Source: Candidatus Hodarchaeota archaeon
GTDB taxonomy: Archaea > Asgardarchaeota > Lokiarchaeia > Sigyniarchaeales > SOKP01
Direction: 5' to 3'
Length of the DNA stretch: 64,000 bases
Assembly: GCA_048886685.1 (NCBI GenBank)
Contig: JBHLKM010000009.1
Coordinates: 32,001-96,000 of the forward strand
Under the pieces are notes generated by a model. The model was given only the letters and a program-made list of their open reading frames with translations. It did no database searches and was not told the DNA's origin. The translations under genes and the position numbers were made by a program. Positions 27,975 to 38,710 of the stretch are shown here, piece after piece. How positions within the stretch are numbered: position 1 is the stretch's first letter; every line of letters starts with the position of its first letter.

Positions 27975-29654
27975 TCATTTTAGATTCTTTTTGCTAACAC
28001 ATTGTTTTATAAAATCTAAATATAATGGAGATGGATTATACGGACGAGATTTAAACTCAGGGTGAAATTGTGTCCCTACCATCCAATGATCCTTTCTATC
28101 TAATTCAATACTATTAATAATAGTACCAGTTTCATCTCTACTAGATACTAACAAACCATTTTCTTTTGCTTCAGCTGTAATGAATCTTTCTTGAATGTGA
28201 AATCTATGTCGATACCGTTCATATATTTCCTCTTGTTTATATGCCTCAAAAAGTCGCGTACCCTTTTCAACAATAATTTTTTGAGCACCTAATCTCATGG
28301 TACCCCCCTTATCAGTAACCTCTTTCTGAGTTTCTAAAATATCAACAACAGGATAGGGTGTGTCAGGGTTGATTTCTGTTGAATTAGCATTGTTTAAGCC
28401 GAGATACTTTCTACAAAATGCTACAAAAAATAATTGAGCTCCAAAACAAATCCCTAGAAATGGAACTTTATTTTCCATGGCATATTCTGCTGATTGTATC
28501 ATTCCTTCTACTGCCCTTACACCAAATCCAGGTGTGAGCAAAATGCCATCACAATCTTTAAGTTGATCACTAATATCTACGTTTTCTTCAATGTTAATCA
28601 TTTTTAGTTCAGTTCTGTATCCTAGATGAGCAGCAGCATCTTCTAAAGCCACATTAATCGAAATATAGGAGTCCGAAATGTTAAAATATTTACCCGGCAT
28701 AGCGATCTTTACTGTATTTTTGGTACTTTTAAATAATTCTACCATTTTTAGCCACTCAGAATAGTTTGTTACCTCACTATAGGCAACTAATTTTGCTTTC
28801 AAATCAATAAGTTCGCAAATGAGATCTCCTAATCCCTGCTCTTCAAATAATATTGGTAATTCATAAACGATTTCTAAATCTGGATTTGAGATTACAGCTT
28901 TTTCGGGAACATTAGAATACAATGATATCTTTCTTTTAATATCATTATCTAAAGGTTTCTCACTTCTTCCAATAATTATATCGGGTTGTAGCCCTAAACT
29001 TTGAAGCATTTTGACAGAGTGTTGGGTTGGTTTAGATTTTTGTTGGCCTACAGCTTTAGAATAAGGAATAAGAGTAACATGTACAAATGCTGTACGTTTT
29101 GGATATTCTAATTTTAATTGTCGAAATGCTTCTAAAAATATGCTTGATTCTAAATCTCCAACAGTTCCTCCACATTCAATTAGTAAAACATCTAAATCTT
29201 CTTTATCTGCAATTTCCATTAATCTTTCTTTGATTATATCTGTCACATGCGGTATTATTTGGACTGTTTTTCCTAAAAATCTCCCTTTCCTCTCACTTAG
29301 GATTGTTGAAAGGTAAATTTGCCCCGAAGTAATATTATGTGATGGATGCATCTCAATACCTAAAATCCTGGAATACGTGCCAAAATCTTGATCAATTTCA
29401 GAGATTCTATATGATCTCTCATCAGAACCAGAAACTGGCCTAAAATCCCAGACCTCTTCAGTAATAAAACACTCTCCGTGCTCTATTGGATTTAATGTTC
29501 CAGGATCTACATTCAAATAAGGGTCAATCTTAACAACTGATACTTTAAATCCACGAAATTGAAGTACTTTGCCAATACTTGCTGTTGCAACTCCCTTCCC
29601 TATTCCTGACATTACTCCTCCTGTTATAAATACGAATTTACTTTTACTATTCAT
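27975..29654 (-). CDS. pyrG: CTP synthase
   Basis: FITGGVMSGIGKG, DPYLNVDPGT, KSKPTQHSV, GICFG, QFHPEF. Confidence 0.97.
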   Translation of the reverse strand: MNSKSKFVFITGGVMSGIGKGVATASIGKVLQFRGFKVSVVKIDPYLNVDPGTLNPIEHGECFITEEVWDFRPVSGSDERSYRISEIDQDFGTYSRILGIEMHPSHNITSGQIYLSTILSERKGRFLGKTVQIIPHVTDIIKERLMEIADKEDLDVLLIECGGTVGDLESSIFLEAFRQLKLEYPKRTAFVHVTLIPYSKAVGQQKSKPTQHSVKMLQSLGLQPDIIIGRSEKPLDNDIKRKISLYSNVPEKAVISNPDLEIVYELPILFEEQGLGDLICELIDLKAKLVAYSEVTNYSEWLKMVELFKSTKNTVKIAMPGKYFNISDSYISINVALEDAAAHLGYRTELKMINIEENVDISDQLKDCDGILLTPGFGVRAVEGMIQSAEYAMENKVPFLGICFGAQLFFVAFCRKYLGLNNANSTEINPDTPYPVVDILETQKEVTDKGGTMRLGAQKIIVEKGTRLFEAYKQEEIYERYRHRFHIQERFITAEAKENGLLVSSRDETGTIINSIELDRKDHWMVGTQFHPEFKSRPYNPSPLYLDFIKQCVSKKNLK

Positions 29655-29805
29655 AATTTCGACTTTTTTAGCATTTATAATTCAACTTTTCAAAACAAAA
29701 TAATTAAAATAAACCAATTATTAAAAGAATTTCTACTACTTACATTTTAAAATAGAATTATTAATATCAAAATAGGTAAAAAGAATTTTACCAATAAAAA
29801 TCGAA

Positions 29806-30627
29806 TTACTTACCTTTAAAGAGAGGTTCTTTTTTAGTTATTAATGATTTTGTTGCTGCTCTGAAATCACTCGTTTCTAATGATTTCCTAAGTGCTTCAT
29901 TTTCTAAATCTAGTGTTTTTGATAGAATATCCTTAAAATAATCATGCATTACTCTTTTCATTCGTTTGAGCGCTAGTGAAGGAGCTTTAGGAGGCATTAA
30001 ACGTAAAGCTTGTTCCCTTACAAAAGGCATTAAATTGTCAGGAGCTAATACTTTATTAACCAATCCAAGTTTTTCTGCTTCAATAGCCGTAATTTTATCA
30101 CCAAAATATATAATTTCTTTGGCTTTTTGAAAGCCGACTAAAAAAGGAAGGATAAAAGTTGAGCTAAATTCGGGGATTACTGCGCGCTTTACAAAATAGA
30201 ATCCTAACCATGCATCTTCAGATATATAAATCAAATCAGCACCAACCAGAGGTAACGTAATTCCTATACCTACAGCTAAACCGTTAATAGCAGCAATAAC
30301 AGGCTTATGAAAATTCCAAAGTTTCATACATAATTTTTTCTGAGCTATGTCCATTAAGTCGATTTCTTTCATAATTTCTGGAGGAATAGATGTAACATAT
30401 TTCATATTAAAATAACCTCCCGAAGAAAATGCATTAGCTTCTTCACAACCAGTAATTATTAATATTTTTGCATTCTCATCTTTTTCCATATCATCAATAA
30501 CAGTACAAATCTCTAAGAAGGTTACTTGTGATAAAGCATTTCTCCTCTCTGGAATATTAAATGTAAGAGTACAAATTCCATTTTCTTCCTTCTCATATAT
30601 TACTTCATTTAAATCCTCTATTTTTAT
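29806..30627 (-). CDS. Enoyl-CoA hydratase/isomerase (ECI2-like); reading frame extends 46 codons upstream of the annotated ATG to a probable ATA start
   Basis: The upstream in-frame sequence encodes KIEDLNEVIYEKEENGICTLTFNIPERRNAL (crotonase N-terminus). Also IAAINGLAVGIG and VIPEFSST. Confidence 0.8.
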   Translation of the reverse strand: MKIEDLNEVIYEKEENGICTLTFNIPERRNALSQVTFLEICTVIDDMEKDENAKILIITGCEEANAFSSGGYFNMKYVTSIPPEIMKEIDLMDIAQKKLCMKLWNFHKPVIAAINGLAVGIGITLPLVGADLIYISEDAWLGFYFVKRAVIPEFSSTFILPFLVGFQKAKEIIYFGDKITAIEAEKLGLVNKVLAPDNLMPFVREQALRLMPPKAPSLALKRMKRVMHDYFKDILSKTLDLENEALRKSLETSDFRAATKSLITKKEPLFKGK

Positions 30628-30661
30628 TTCAATCTCCTCTTAGAAATATTGTTTAAATTTA

Positions 30662-31942
30662 TTATAGAAGTTTGAATAGTTGTCTAAGAGCCAGAGACAT
30701 AATATATTTCTGAATTTGAGATGTTCCTCCTCCTACTCGGTGAATTCTTGAAATTCCAAGTAAATCGCTCATGAGAGTATTGTCACATAAACCAGCACCC
30801 CCCATTAGATCAGCACAGCCAAAGCAAATCCTTTCAGTTAGTTTAGCACTTTGAGATTTTAATTGAGATGCAGTTGCAACAAGGGCTAAATTAAAATTTT
30901 GAGGAAGAGTACCGAATTTTTCTATTTTCTCATCAATTATTTGATATATATGCAATGCTGCTAACGTAAGACTCATAGTTTTTGCCCACATATCTGCTAA
31001 GGGAAAACCAACTCCTTGATATTTTAGGATTTCTTTATCAAATTGCTTTCTCATATTTGCATATATTGTCGCATGTGAAATTGCATTCCATGCTTCTGAT
31101 AAGTTAAGCATGACGATACCCAGCCTTTCTAAATTTAATCCTTCAAAAAGATGTTCCCTTCCTCGTCCAGGCTTGCCCAACACATATTCTGGGGGGACAC
31201 GTAAATTAGTAAACGTTTCTTTCCCAATGAAGATTCTTGGCGTCCAAGGGATATTTAATCTTTCAACTTTCCACCCTTCCCATGAAGTATCAACTAAAAA
31301 TTGCCCCATTGTATTTCCATTATTTGCCTCCGCAACAGCATAAACTATCGCTAAATCTGCCTTAGCTCCATTAGTTTGGTAGATTTTTTCTCCATTTAGA
31401 GTATAGCTGCCATCCTCATTTTCTTTGCATGTAGTTAGCATATGCACAGCATCAGAACCTCTTTCTGGTTCAGTTATACAGATACAGCCAATTTTTTCTC
31501 CTGTAACCAATTCTTTAAGTGCATTTAAACGTTCCTCCACATCTTCATGATGAAACATTAAAGGATTCACACACAAAACATTAGCCCCGATACCCATAGT
31601 TAATTGAGGGTCAAAAAAGTCGGTAGCTAAACATCTCATAAACTCTACTGTCATTCCATATGGTTCATAATTTAAGTCGAATTCTTTAAAACTGTTTACT
31701 CGAGTCAATAAACCTTCTTTACCAATCTCAGGAAACCAATCATAAAAATCTTCATTATGGGTGATATTATTGTTACTTTCAAATTTCAGGAAAAATCTTT
31801 GAGCCTGTTTTAAGAAATTAAAGTTAACTGGTTTTAAAATGTTCATTAGGTTATTATTTAGAAAGTTATAACGATTTTTTAAACTCAATTTTTCTAAAAT
31901 TTCATCATTTATACACTGAACTTCTCCTTTCTTATTTATCAT
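30662..31942 (-). CDS. Acyl-CoA dehydrogenase (catalytic Glu at the IVD/LCAD-type position)
   Basis: ITEPERGSDA, LNGEKIYQTNG, GLNLERL, RKQFDK, MGGAG, GGGTSQIQ. Confidence 0.9.
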   Translation of the reverse strand: MINKKGEVQCINDEILEKLSLKNRYNFLNNNLMNILKPVNFNFLKQAQRFFLKFESNNNITHNEDFYDWFPEIGKEGLLTRVNSFKEFDLNYEPYGMTVEFMRCLATDFFDPQLTMGIGANVLCVNPLMFHHEDVEERLNALKELVTGEKIGCICITEPERGSDAVHMLTTCKENEDGSYTLNGEKIYQTNGAKADLAIVYAVAEANNGNTMGQFLVDTSWEGWKVERLNIPWTPRIFIGKETFTNLRVPPEYVLGKPGRGREHLFEGLNLERLGIVMLNLSEAWNAISHATIYANMRKQFDKEILKYQGVGFPLADMWAKTMSLTLAALHIYQIIDEKIEKFGTLPQNFNLALVATASQLKSQSAKLTERICFGCADLMGGAGLCDNTLMSDLLGISRIHRVGGGTSQIQKYIMSLALRQLFKLL

Positions 31943-32034
31943 ATATACAACTCATTATTTTAGTTATTGAATTATAATTAGTATTAATCAAAATTCTTAA
32001 AATAATTTTATATTTAGAGAGATCTTAATTGATA

Positions 32035-33066
32035 TTAATCAAAATCAACAATTACTTTCAATTCATTGTGAGGAGGATTAGCTAATTTATCAAACATTTG
32101 AGGTACATCATCGATTTTTATATAGTTTGTGATAACTGACTCACCATTTATCTTACCTTGTTCTAATAAACTTATAGCGGTTTGAAAAATGTCTTGATTA
32201 TAACCAAAAACACCTTTTAAAGTTATATTATTCGTTGTAAAAAGCAATGCATTATTAATTTCAAACGAACTTGAATGCATCCCTATTAAAGTAATGCACC
32301 CTCCTTTTTTAATAAGTGAGAGAGATGTACTTACTGTAGATGAAAGTCCTACACAATCAAATACATGATCGGGTCCCAATTTATTTGTTAATCTGACTAT
32401 TTTATTCCAAGCTTTAGGATCGAAAACCTCATTTGCTCCTAATTCAAGAGCCTTTTTTTGTTTTGATTCCACTGGTTCTAAAACAAAAATACTTTTAGCT
32501 CCCGCAGTTTTTAAAACTTGAACTACAAATAATCCAATCGGACCAGCACCTATAACTGCTGCATTATCCCCAATACCAAATCCTGATGTTTGAACTGCGT
32601 TTATAGCAATCGATAAAGGTTCTACAATAGCGCCATTTTCATAGGAAACATTATCCGGTAAAATATGGACTCTTTCTGCTTTAACATTAATTAATTCTCT
32701 CATAGTTCCATGTTCCGTTACACCAAGAATATTATTTTGTATTTTACACATATTTTCTTGATGATGGATACAATAATAACACTCATGGCAAGGAATTTGA
32801 GGATTTGCAGTTACTCTATTCCCGATCTTTATTTTCCTAACCTTCTCTCCAAGTTCAACAATTTCACCTGAAAACTCATGGCCAATGATTTTCATTGGAA
32901 AAGATGGCCCCCCAGTTTCATAAGAACCAACATCAGTTCCACATATGCCTACCTTCTTCACTTTAATTAAAACTTCATCTGGATTTATTTCCGGTTTTGT
33001 TAAGTCATCTTTTATTGAAATCTTATGTTTACCTTCAAAAATTACTCCTTTCATAGTAAAACACAT
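32035..33066 (-). CDS. Zn-dependent alcohol/polyol dehydrogenase (MDR family)
   Basis: GICGTD, GHEFSG, CHECYYC...C, GAGPIG. Confidence 0.92.
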   Translation of the reverse strand: MCFTMKGVIFEGKHKISIKDDLTKPEINPDEVLIKVKKVGICGTDVGSYETGGPSFPMKIIGHEFSGEIVELGEKVRKIKIGNRVTANPQIPCHECYYCIHHQENMCKIQNNILGVTEHGTMRELINVKAERVHILPDNVSYENGAIVEPLSIAINAVQTSGFGIGDNAAVIGAGPIGLFVVQVLKTAGAKSIFVLEPVESKQKKALELGANEVFDPKAWNKIVRLTNKLGPDHVFDCVGLSSTVSTSLSLIKKGGCITLIGMHSSSFEINNALLFTTNNITLKGVFGYNQDIFQTAISLLEQGKINGESVITNYIKIDDVPQMFDKLANPPHNELKVIVDFD

Positions 33067-33110
33067 ACATTTGTAATTTTAATTAAAAATAAATAGAAAA
33101 AAGAAAAGAA

Positions 33111-34844
33111 TTATAGAACACCCATAGATAGCAATAATTTTGTACCATCTGGAGTATCATATTTAATTTTTACATCTAATACAGCTGGTTTGTTTGAATT
33201 TTTAGCTCGTTCAAGTGCGGGTTTGATTTCATTTGGATCAGTGATAACTTCACCATAACAACCAAATCCTTCCGCACAAGCAGCATAGTTAAACTCTGGT
33301 AATTCTGTATCTATAAACCGCTTTCCCATTGCTAATTTCTGACCTGATTTAATCATACCCCACGCACTGTTGTTAGCAATCACAAAAATTAGATTTTTAA
33401 GATTTAATCTTACAGCAGTTTCAAGATCTTGGATGTTAATCATGAAGCTGCCATCACCAGACAGAGATATTACTTGTTTATCAGGCTTAGCTAATTTAGC
33501 TCCAATTCCATAAGGAACAGATGTCCCAAGATGCCCCATACCTACTGAATTAAGAACTGAAAGAGGCCCTAGTGGTTTATGAAAATCTATTTGCTCCATA
33601 GCATAACATGTAAGATCTCCCGCATCAATTATTAATATGCCATCCTCATCGATATATTCAAGAACATCTTTAATCAATCTTTGAGGGATGATTGGAATTT
33701 TATCTCTTGAAGCCTTTTTATTATTGGTAATAATCCCATTTTGTCTAGCTTCATAGACTTTATCCAACCATTCTCTTTTTTCAATCTTCTTTGTTTTCTT
33801 TACTTCTTCAAGGATTTGGTTCATGAACATTTTGCAGTCAGCAACAATGCCTAATGTTATGGGTTTCGCTCTTCCAATGATAGTAGGGTCAATATCAACC
33901 TGTATCAACTTTTGTGAGTCTTTCCAAAATGGTTCTTCACCATGTCCTAATACATGTGAAAATCTGACTCCTAGTGCTAAAATCACATCTGCTTCTATTG
34001 TTGTTGAAAGAGCAGGTCCTCCCAATGTAGCCCCTATTAAACACTTGGATTTATTTGAAATTGTACCTAGACCCATGATAGATGTAATAACAGGGATTTG
34101 TAAATACTCAGCAAACTCTGTTAATTCGTCCCAAGCACCTGACCTTGAAACGCCTCCACCCGATATTATTAATGGCTTTTCAGCATTTAGTAAGAGATCT
34201 AAAGCTTCTTTTATTAATTCATCATTAACAGCTGGTTTCCCAATAGCCCTATATCTATCATAAGATAATATTGTGAGCTTCTCTTCTTCAATTTCTTCGA
34301 GAAATGCATCTTCAAAAATTTCTAAAAATACTGGTCTCGGACGCCCACTTGTTGCTTCTCGAAATACCTTCCGAACCGCATCAGGTATCTCTTCAATTTT
34401 ACGGATGCTTTTTTGATATTTTGTAATAGGTTTAAACAAGGTCATTTGATCAAGATTACCTTGTAGAGTTTGGTGATCTTCAAACCTACTATTTACCTGA
34501 GGTACTAGTGCTATAACAGGTATGCTATCAGCCCAGGCAGCCCCAACTCCAGGAATTAAATGGGTTGCGCCAGGACCTACAGTTCCAAAACAGACTCCCG
34601 GAGTGTTAGTAAGTCTTGCCCAAGCATCTGCAGCATGAGCTGCTGCTTGTTCATGTCTGAACAAAATAGTGCTTATACCTTGTTCTTTTCCCCATCGATA
34701 AATAGCATCATATGTAGTAAGGAGTTGCCCACCAGGGATACCAAACATATATTTTACATTTTCTTGTAGAAGACATTTTATTAAAACGTCTCCACCATTC
34801 AACTTTTTCTTTTCTTCTGTCATTTCTTTCACCCAATTTAACAA
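33111..34844 (-). CDS. ThDP-dependent enzyme (acetolactate synthase/2-hydroxyacyl-CoA lyase family), copy 1
   Basis: FRHEQAAAHAA, GPGATH, SGDGSF...NNSAWGMIK. Confidence 0.9.
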   Translation of the reverse strand: MLNWVKEMTEEKKKLNGGDVLIKCLLQENVKYMFGIPGGQLLTTYDAIYRWGKEQGISTILFRHEQAAAHAADAWARLTNTPGVCFGTVGPGATHLIPGVGAAWADSIPVIALVPQVNSRFEDHQTLQGNLDQMTLFKPITKYQKSIRKIEEIPDAVRKVFREATSGRPRPVFLEIFEDAFLEEIEEEKLTILSYDRYRAIGKPAVNDELIKEALDLLLNAEKPLIISGGGVSRSGAWDELTEFAEYLQIPVITSIMGLGTISNKSKCLIGATLGGPALSTTIEADVILALGVRFSHVLGHGEEPFWKDSQKLIQVDIDPTIIGRAKPITLGIVADCKMFMNQILEEVKKTKKIEKREWLDKVYEARQNGIITNNKKASRDKIPIIPQRLIKDVLEYIDEDGILIIDAGDLTCYAMEQIDFHKPLGPLSVLNSVGMGHLGTSVPYGIGAKLAKPDKQVISLSGDGSFMINIQDLETAVRLNLKNLIFVIANNSAWGMIKSGQKLAMGKRFIDTELPEFNYAACAEGFGCYGEVITDPNEIKPALERAKNSNKPAVLDVKIKYDTPDGTKLLLSMGVL

Positions 34845-34867
34845 TTCAATTTTAATATTTCTAAAAC

Positions 34868-36592
34868 TTATCTAAAATATATACCCAAAGAAAACAATAA
34901 CATAAGAACATCAGGGGTGGCGTATTTGATTTTAACATCTAGTACTGCTGGTTTACCTGAGCTCTTAGCTCTATTAAGAGCAGGGGTGATTTCATTTGGA
35001 TCAGTTATTACTTCCCCATAGCATCCAAATCCTTCAGCGCATTTTGCAAAATCAAAATCTGGAAAATCTACATCTATATAACGCCTTTGATAGCCATATT
35101 GTTGTCCAACTTTTATCATCCCCCATGCACTGTTATTTCCAATGACATAAATTAGATTTTTCAAACCAAGCCTAACAGCAGTTTCAAGATCATTGATATT
35201 TATCATAAAGGCACCATCACCAGAAATTGAAATTACCTGTTTGTCTGGTTTTGCCAATTTTGCTGCAATACCATACGGTACAGACACGCCAAGATGTCCC
35301 ATTCCAATCGCTTGAAGAGATGAGAGAGGTTTTCTAGGCTTATAGAAATCTATTTGCTCTAGAGCATAAAAAGCAATATTACCGCCGTCAACAATTAATA
35401 TTGCATCTTCATCCATAAATTGAAATACATCTTTAATCATTCTTTGAGGATCTATTGGGATCTTATCATTCGAAGCTACCTTGATCTTTGATTCAATAAC
35501 ACTCTTCCTACTTTCAGTTAGTTTCTCTAACCATTCTCTCTTTTCAATTTTATTAATTTTCTTTACTTCCTCAAGAATTTGTTGTAGAAAAATTTTACAA
35601 TCCCCTTCAATACCTAGTGTAATTGGTTTAGCGCGCCCTATGATTGTCGGGTCAATGTCAACTTGTATCATCTTTTGGGATTTACTCCAGGTCGGTGATT
35701 TACCATGACCCATGGAAAACCCAAATTTGACACCAAGAGCTAAGACCATATCTGATTGACTAGTTGCTTGAAAGATCGCATTATTCATTGCAACACCAAG
35801 ATAGCATTTTGAATCCGATGAAATCGTTCCTGTTCCCATAACTGTAGTAATCACAGGGATCTGTAAATATTCTGCTAATTCACGTAATTCATCCCATCCA
35901 CCTGCTCGTGAAACACCTCCTCCTGACACAATTAATGGTTTTTCTGCCTTTAATAACAGATCTAATGATTTATTAATTAAATCTTTAGGAATTGCTGGCT
36001 TATTTATTGCTCTATATTGTTGTGCTGGCAGAATTTTAAGATCTTCTTCCCTAATTTGCTCCACTAGAGCATCTGGGAAGATTTCTAATAATACAGGCTG
36101 AGGTCGTCCTCCTGTTGCTTCTCGAAATATTTTGTGAACTGCATCCGGAATCTTCTTTAATTCTCTTATGCTTTTTTGGTACTTCGTAATAGGTTTAAAT
36201 AACGCGACTTGATCTAGCATCCCTTGTAACGTAAAAGTATCTTCTAGATCAATATCGACTTGAGGTACAATGGCTATAACAGGAATATTATCTGCCCATG
36301 CTGCTCCTACACCTGGTACAAGATGTGTTGCTCCTGGTCCAACGGTCCCAAAACATACTCCCGGTGTGTTAGTTAATCTTGCCCACGCATCAGCGGCATG
36401 TGCGGCTGCTTGTTCATGACGAAACATTACAGTATCAAGTCCTTTTTCTCTACCCCATCGATACACAGCATCATACATACTTAATAATTGTCCTCCAGGG
36501 ATACCAAACATATATTTAACATTTTCTTCTACAAGACATTTAATTAAAACATCGCCACCATTAATTTTTTTTCCACTTGACATTCTTTTCAC
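34868..36592 (-). CDS. ThDP-dependent enzyme (ALS/HACL family), copy 2
   Basis: FRHEQAA, SGDGAF...NNSAWGMIK. Close paralog of both neighbours. Confidence 0.9.
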   Translation of the reverse strand: MKRMSSGKKINGGDVLIKCLVEENVKYMFGIPGGQLLSMYDAVYRWGREKGLDTVMFRHEQAAAHAADAWARLTNTPGVCFGTVGPGATHLVPGVGAAWADNIPVIAIVPQVDIDLEDTFTLQGMLDQVALFKPITKYQKSIRELKKIPDAVHKIFREATGGRPQPVLLEIFPDALVEQIREEDLKILPAQQYRAINKPAIPKDLINKSLDLLLKAEKPLIVSGGGVSRAGGWDELRELAEYLQIPVITTVMGTGTISSDSKCYLGVAMNNAIFQATSQSDMVLALGVKFGFSMGHGKSPTWSKSQKMIQVDIDPTIIGRAKPITLGIEGDCKIFLQQILEEVKKINKIEKREWLEKLTESRKSVIESKIKVASNDKIPIDPQRMIKDVFQFMDEDAILIVDGGNIAFYALEQIDFYKPRKPLSSLQAIGMGHLGVSVPYGIAAKLAKPDKQVISISGDGAFMININDLETAVRLGLKNLIYVIGNNSAWGMIKVGQQYGYQRRYIDVDFPDFDFAKCAEGFGCYGEVITDPNEITPALNRAKSSGKPAVLDVKIKYATPDVLMLLFSLGIYFR

Positions 36593-36637
36593 GTCTTAAA
36601 AGATATATAAATTTGAAATAAATCTCAATTTGAACAT

Positions 36638-36664
36638 TTATATAATTAATCAACAAATAATTAA
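36638..36664 (-). promoter_or_regulatory. TATA-like element plus imperfect palindrome TTAATCA-N5-TAATTAA upstream of ThDP copy 2
   Basis: The same element occurs upstream of copy 3 (38600-38629), while the surrounding intergenic DNA differs. Confidence 0.4.
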
Positions 36665-36833
36665 AAAATTATGAATTTACAGAATTGAATAATAGTTTAA
36701 AAGTATAGTGAATTTTTATTAACAGATTTCATTAGAAATAGAAGAAAAAAATATTCTTGAAAATTCTTATTATCCTCACTAAATGAAAAGAAATTAATTA
36801 TTGCTATATAACCTTGTTCTATCTATAATATAT

Positions 36834-38552
36834 TTATAGACCTCCCCTTGCAGCTGCTAACTTCATAAATTCAGGAGTGTCGTATTTGATTTTTACATCT
36901 ATTACTGCTGGTTTACCCGAGTTTTTAGCTCTATTAAGAGCAGGATTAATTTCATTTGGTTCAGTTACAACCTCCCCGTAACAACCGAACGCTTCAGCAC
37001 AACGACCAAAATCAAAATCAGGAAAATCGACATCTATATAACGCTTTTTGTAACGAAATTCCTGTTCAGTTTTTATCATTCCCCAAGTACTATTGTTTCC
37101 AACTACATATATCAGATTTTTTAACCCAAGTCTTGATGCAGTTTCTAAGTCATGGATATTAATCATAAAACTTCCATCACCTGAAATTGAGATCACCTGC
37201 TTGTCTGGTTTAGCTAGTTTAGCTCCGATACCATAAGGAATAGAAGTTCCCAAATGTCCCATCCCTATCGCTTGAAGCGTTGATAGTGGTTTTCGTGTTT
37301 TATAGAAATCTATTTGCTCAAGAGAATAAACTGCAAGATTTCCACCATCAACAATCAAGATAGCATCCTCATCCATGAATTCATAGATGTCCTTAATCAT
37401 TCTTTCAGGTTTTATTGGAATTTCATCACTCTCTGCAACTCTTCTTCTTGATTGAATGATGCTTTTTCTATTATTAGTTAAAGAATCTAACCAGGGTCTC
37501 TTTTCAACTTTCTTAGTTTTCTTAACCTCCTCAAGGATTTGTTCCAAGAATAACTTACAATCGCCTATAATACCTAACGTAATTGGCTTATTACGACCAA
37601 TAATGGTTGGATCTATATCAACATGAATTAATTTTTGTGATTTGTTCCAGATTGGAGGTTTTCCATAACCTAATGTAAAAGAGAACTTACATCCCAAAGC
37701 TAGAACCACATCTGCTTGACTAGCTGCAAACAGGGTAGCCATACTTATTGAAGAGCCAAGAAAAGCTTCGGAGGTATTTGGTATCGTCCCTATTCCTGTT
37801 ATTGTAGTAATTACCGGTATTTTAAGGTATTCAGCAAATTCTTGTAATTCATTCCATCCACCTGAACGTGATACACCACCTCCTGATACAATCAAAGGTT
37901 TCTCCGCTTTTAATAATAAATCTAATGATTCGGTAATTGAATCCTTAGGAATTGCAGGTTTAGATAGTGCCCTATATCGTTCTGTTGCTAAAATTGGAAC
38001 CTCATCTTCTTGTGCTTGTTCATAAAAAGCATCATGATATATCTCAAGTAATACGGGTCGAGGCCGCCCACTCATAGCTTCTCTAAAAACTTTATGAACA
38101 GCGTCAGGAATTTCTTCTAATTTACGTACACTTTTTTGATATTTAGTAATTGGTTTAAACAAGGAAACTTGATCAAGATTTCCTTGCAATGCAAAATTAT
38201 CAGCAACATCGATATCAACTTGAGGTACTATTGCTACAACAGGAATATTATCGCTCCATGCCGCCCCTATTCCAGGAACGAGGTGTGTTGCTCCTGGACC
38301 TACAGTCCCAAAACATATTCCTGGAGTATTAGTAAGTCTTGCCCATGCATCAGCAGCATGAGCAGCAGCTTGTTCATGACGAAACATTACTGTTTGTATT
38401 CCTTTCTCTTTACCCCATCGATAAACAGCATCATACATTCTTAATAATTGTCCACCAACAATACCAAACATATATTTAACATTTTCTTCTAAAAGGCACT
38501 TAACTAATACATCGCCACCATATATTTTTTTACCACTTGACATTTTTTTCAC
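36834..38552 (-). CDS. ThDP-dependent enzyme (ALS/HACL family), copy 3
   Basis: FRHEQAA, SGDGSF...NNSTWGMIK. Confidence 0.9.
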   Translation of the reverse strand: MKKMSSGKKIYGGDVLVKCLLEENVKYMFGIVGGQLLRMYDAVYRWGKEKGIQTVMFRHEQAAAHAADAWARLTNTPGICFGTVGPGATHLVPGIGAAWSDNIPVVAIVPQVDIDVADNFALQGNLDQVSLFKPITKYQKSVRKLEEIPDAVHKVFREAMSGRPRPVLLEIYHDAFYEQAQEDEVPILATERYRALSKPAIPKDSITESLDLLLKAEKPLIVSGGGVSRSGGWNELQEFAEYLKIPVITTITGIGTIPNTSEAFLGSSISMATLFAASQADVVLALGCKFSFTLGYGKPPIWNKSQKLIHVDIDPTIIGRNKPITLGIIGDCKLFLEQILEEVKKTKKVEKRPWLDSLTNNRKSIIQSRRRVAESDEIPIKPERMIKDIYEFMDEDAILIVDGGNLAVYSLEQIDFYKTRKPLSTLQAIGMGHLGTSIPYGIGAKLAKPDKQVISISGDGSFMINIHDLETASRLGLKNLIYVVGNNSTWGMIKTEQEFRYKKRYIDVDFPDFDFGRCAEAFGCYGEVVTEPNEINPALNRAKNSGKPAVIDVKIKYDTPEFMKLAAARGGL

Positions 38553-38599
38553 ATTTTAAATGGATAAATAGATTGTTATATATTTTAAAATTAAATATC

Positions 38600-38629
38600 T
38601 ATATAATTAATTAATCAACGAATAATTAA
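38600..38629 (-). promoter_or_regulatory. TATA-like element plus imperfect palindrome upstream of ThDP copy 3
   Basis: tatataattaattaatcaacgaataattaa vs ttatataattaatcaacaaataattaa at 36638. Confidence 0.4.
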
Positions 38630-38710
38630 GAAATAAAGAGTTTTCTAATTTAAACTCTTAACTATACTTTTAATTGTAATTTTACTTTTCTTTCTAAAAA
38701 GAAATGAAAA

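Noticed and set aside
33111-38552. Calling the ThDP genes ilvB (biosynthetic acetolactate synthase)
   Set aside because: There is no regulatory subunit or ilv context and the ThDP motif ending is atypical, so only a family-level call is supported.
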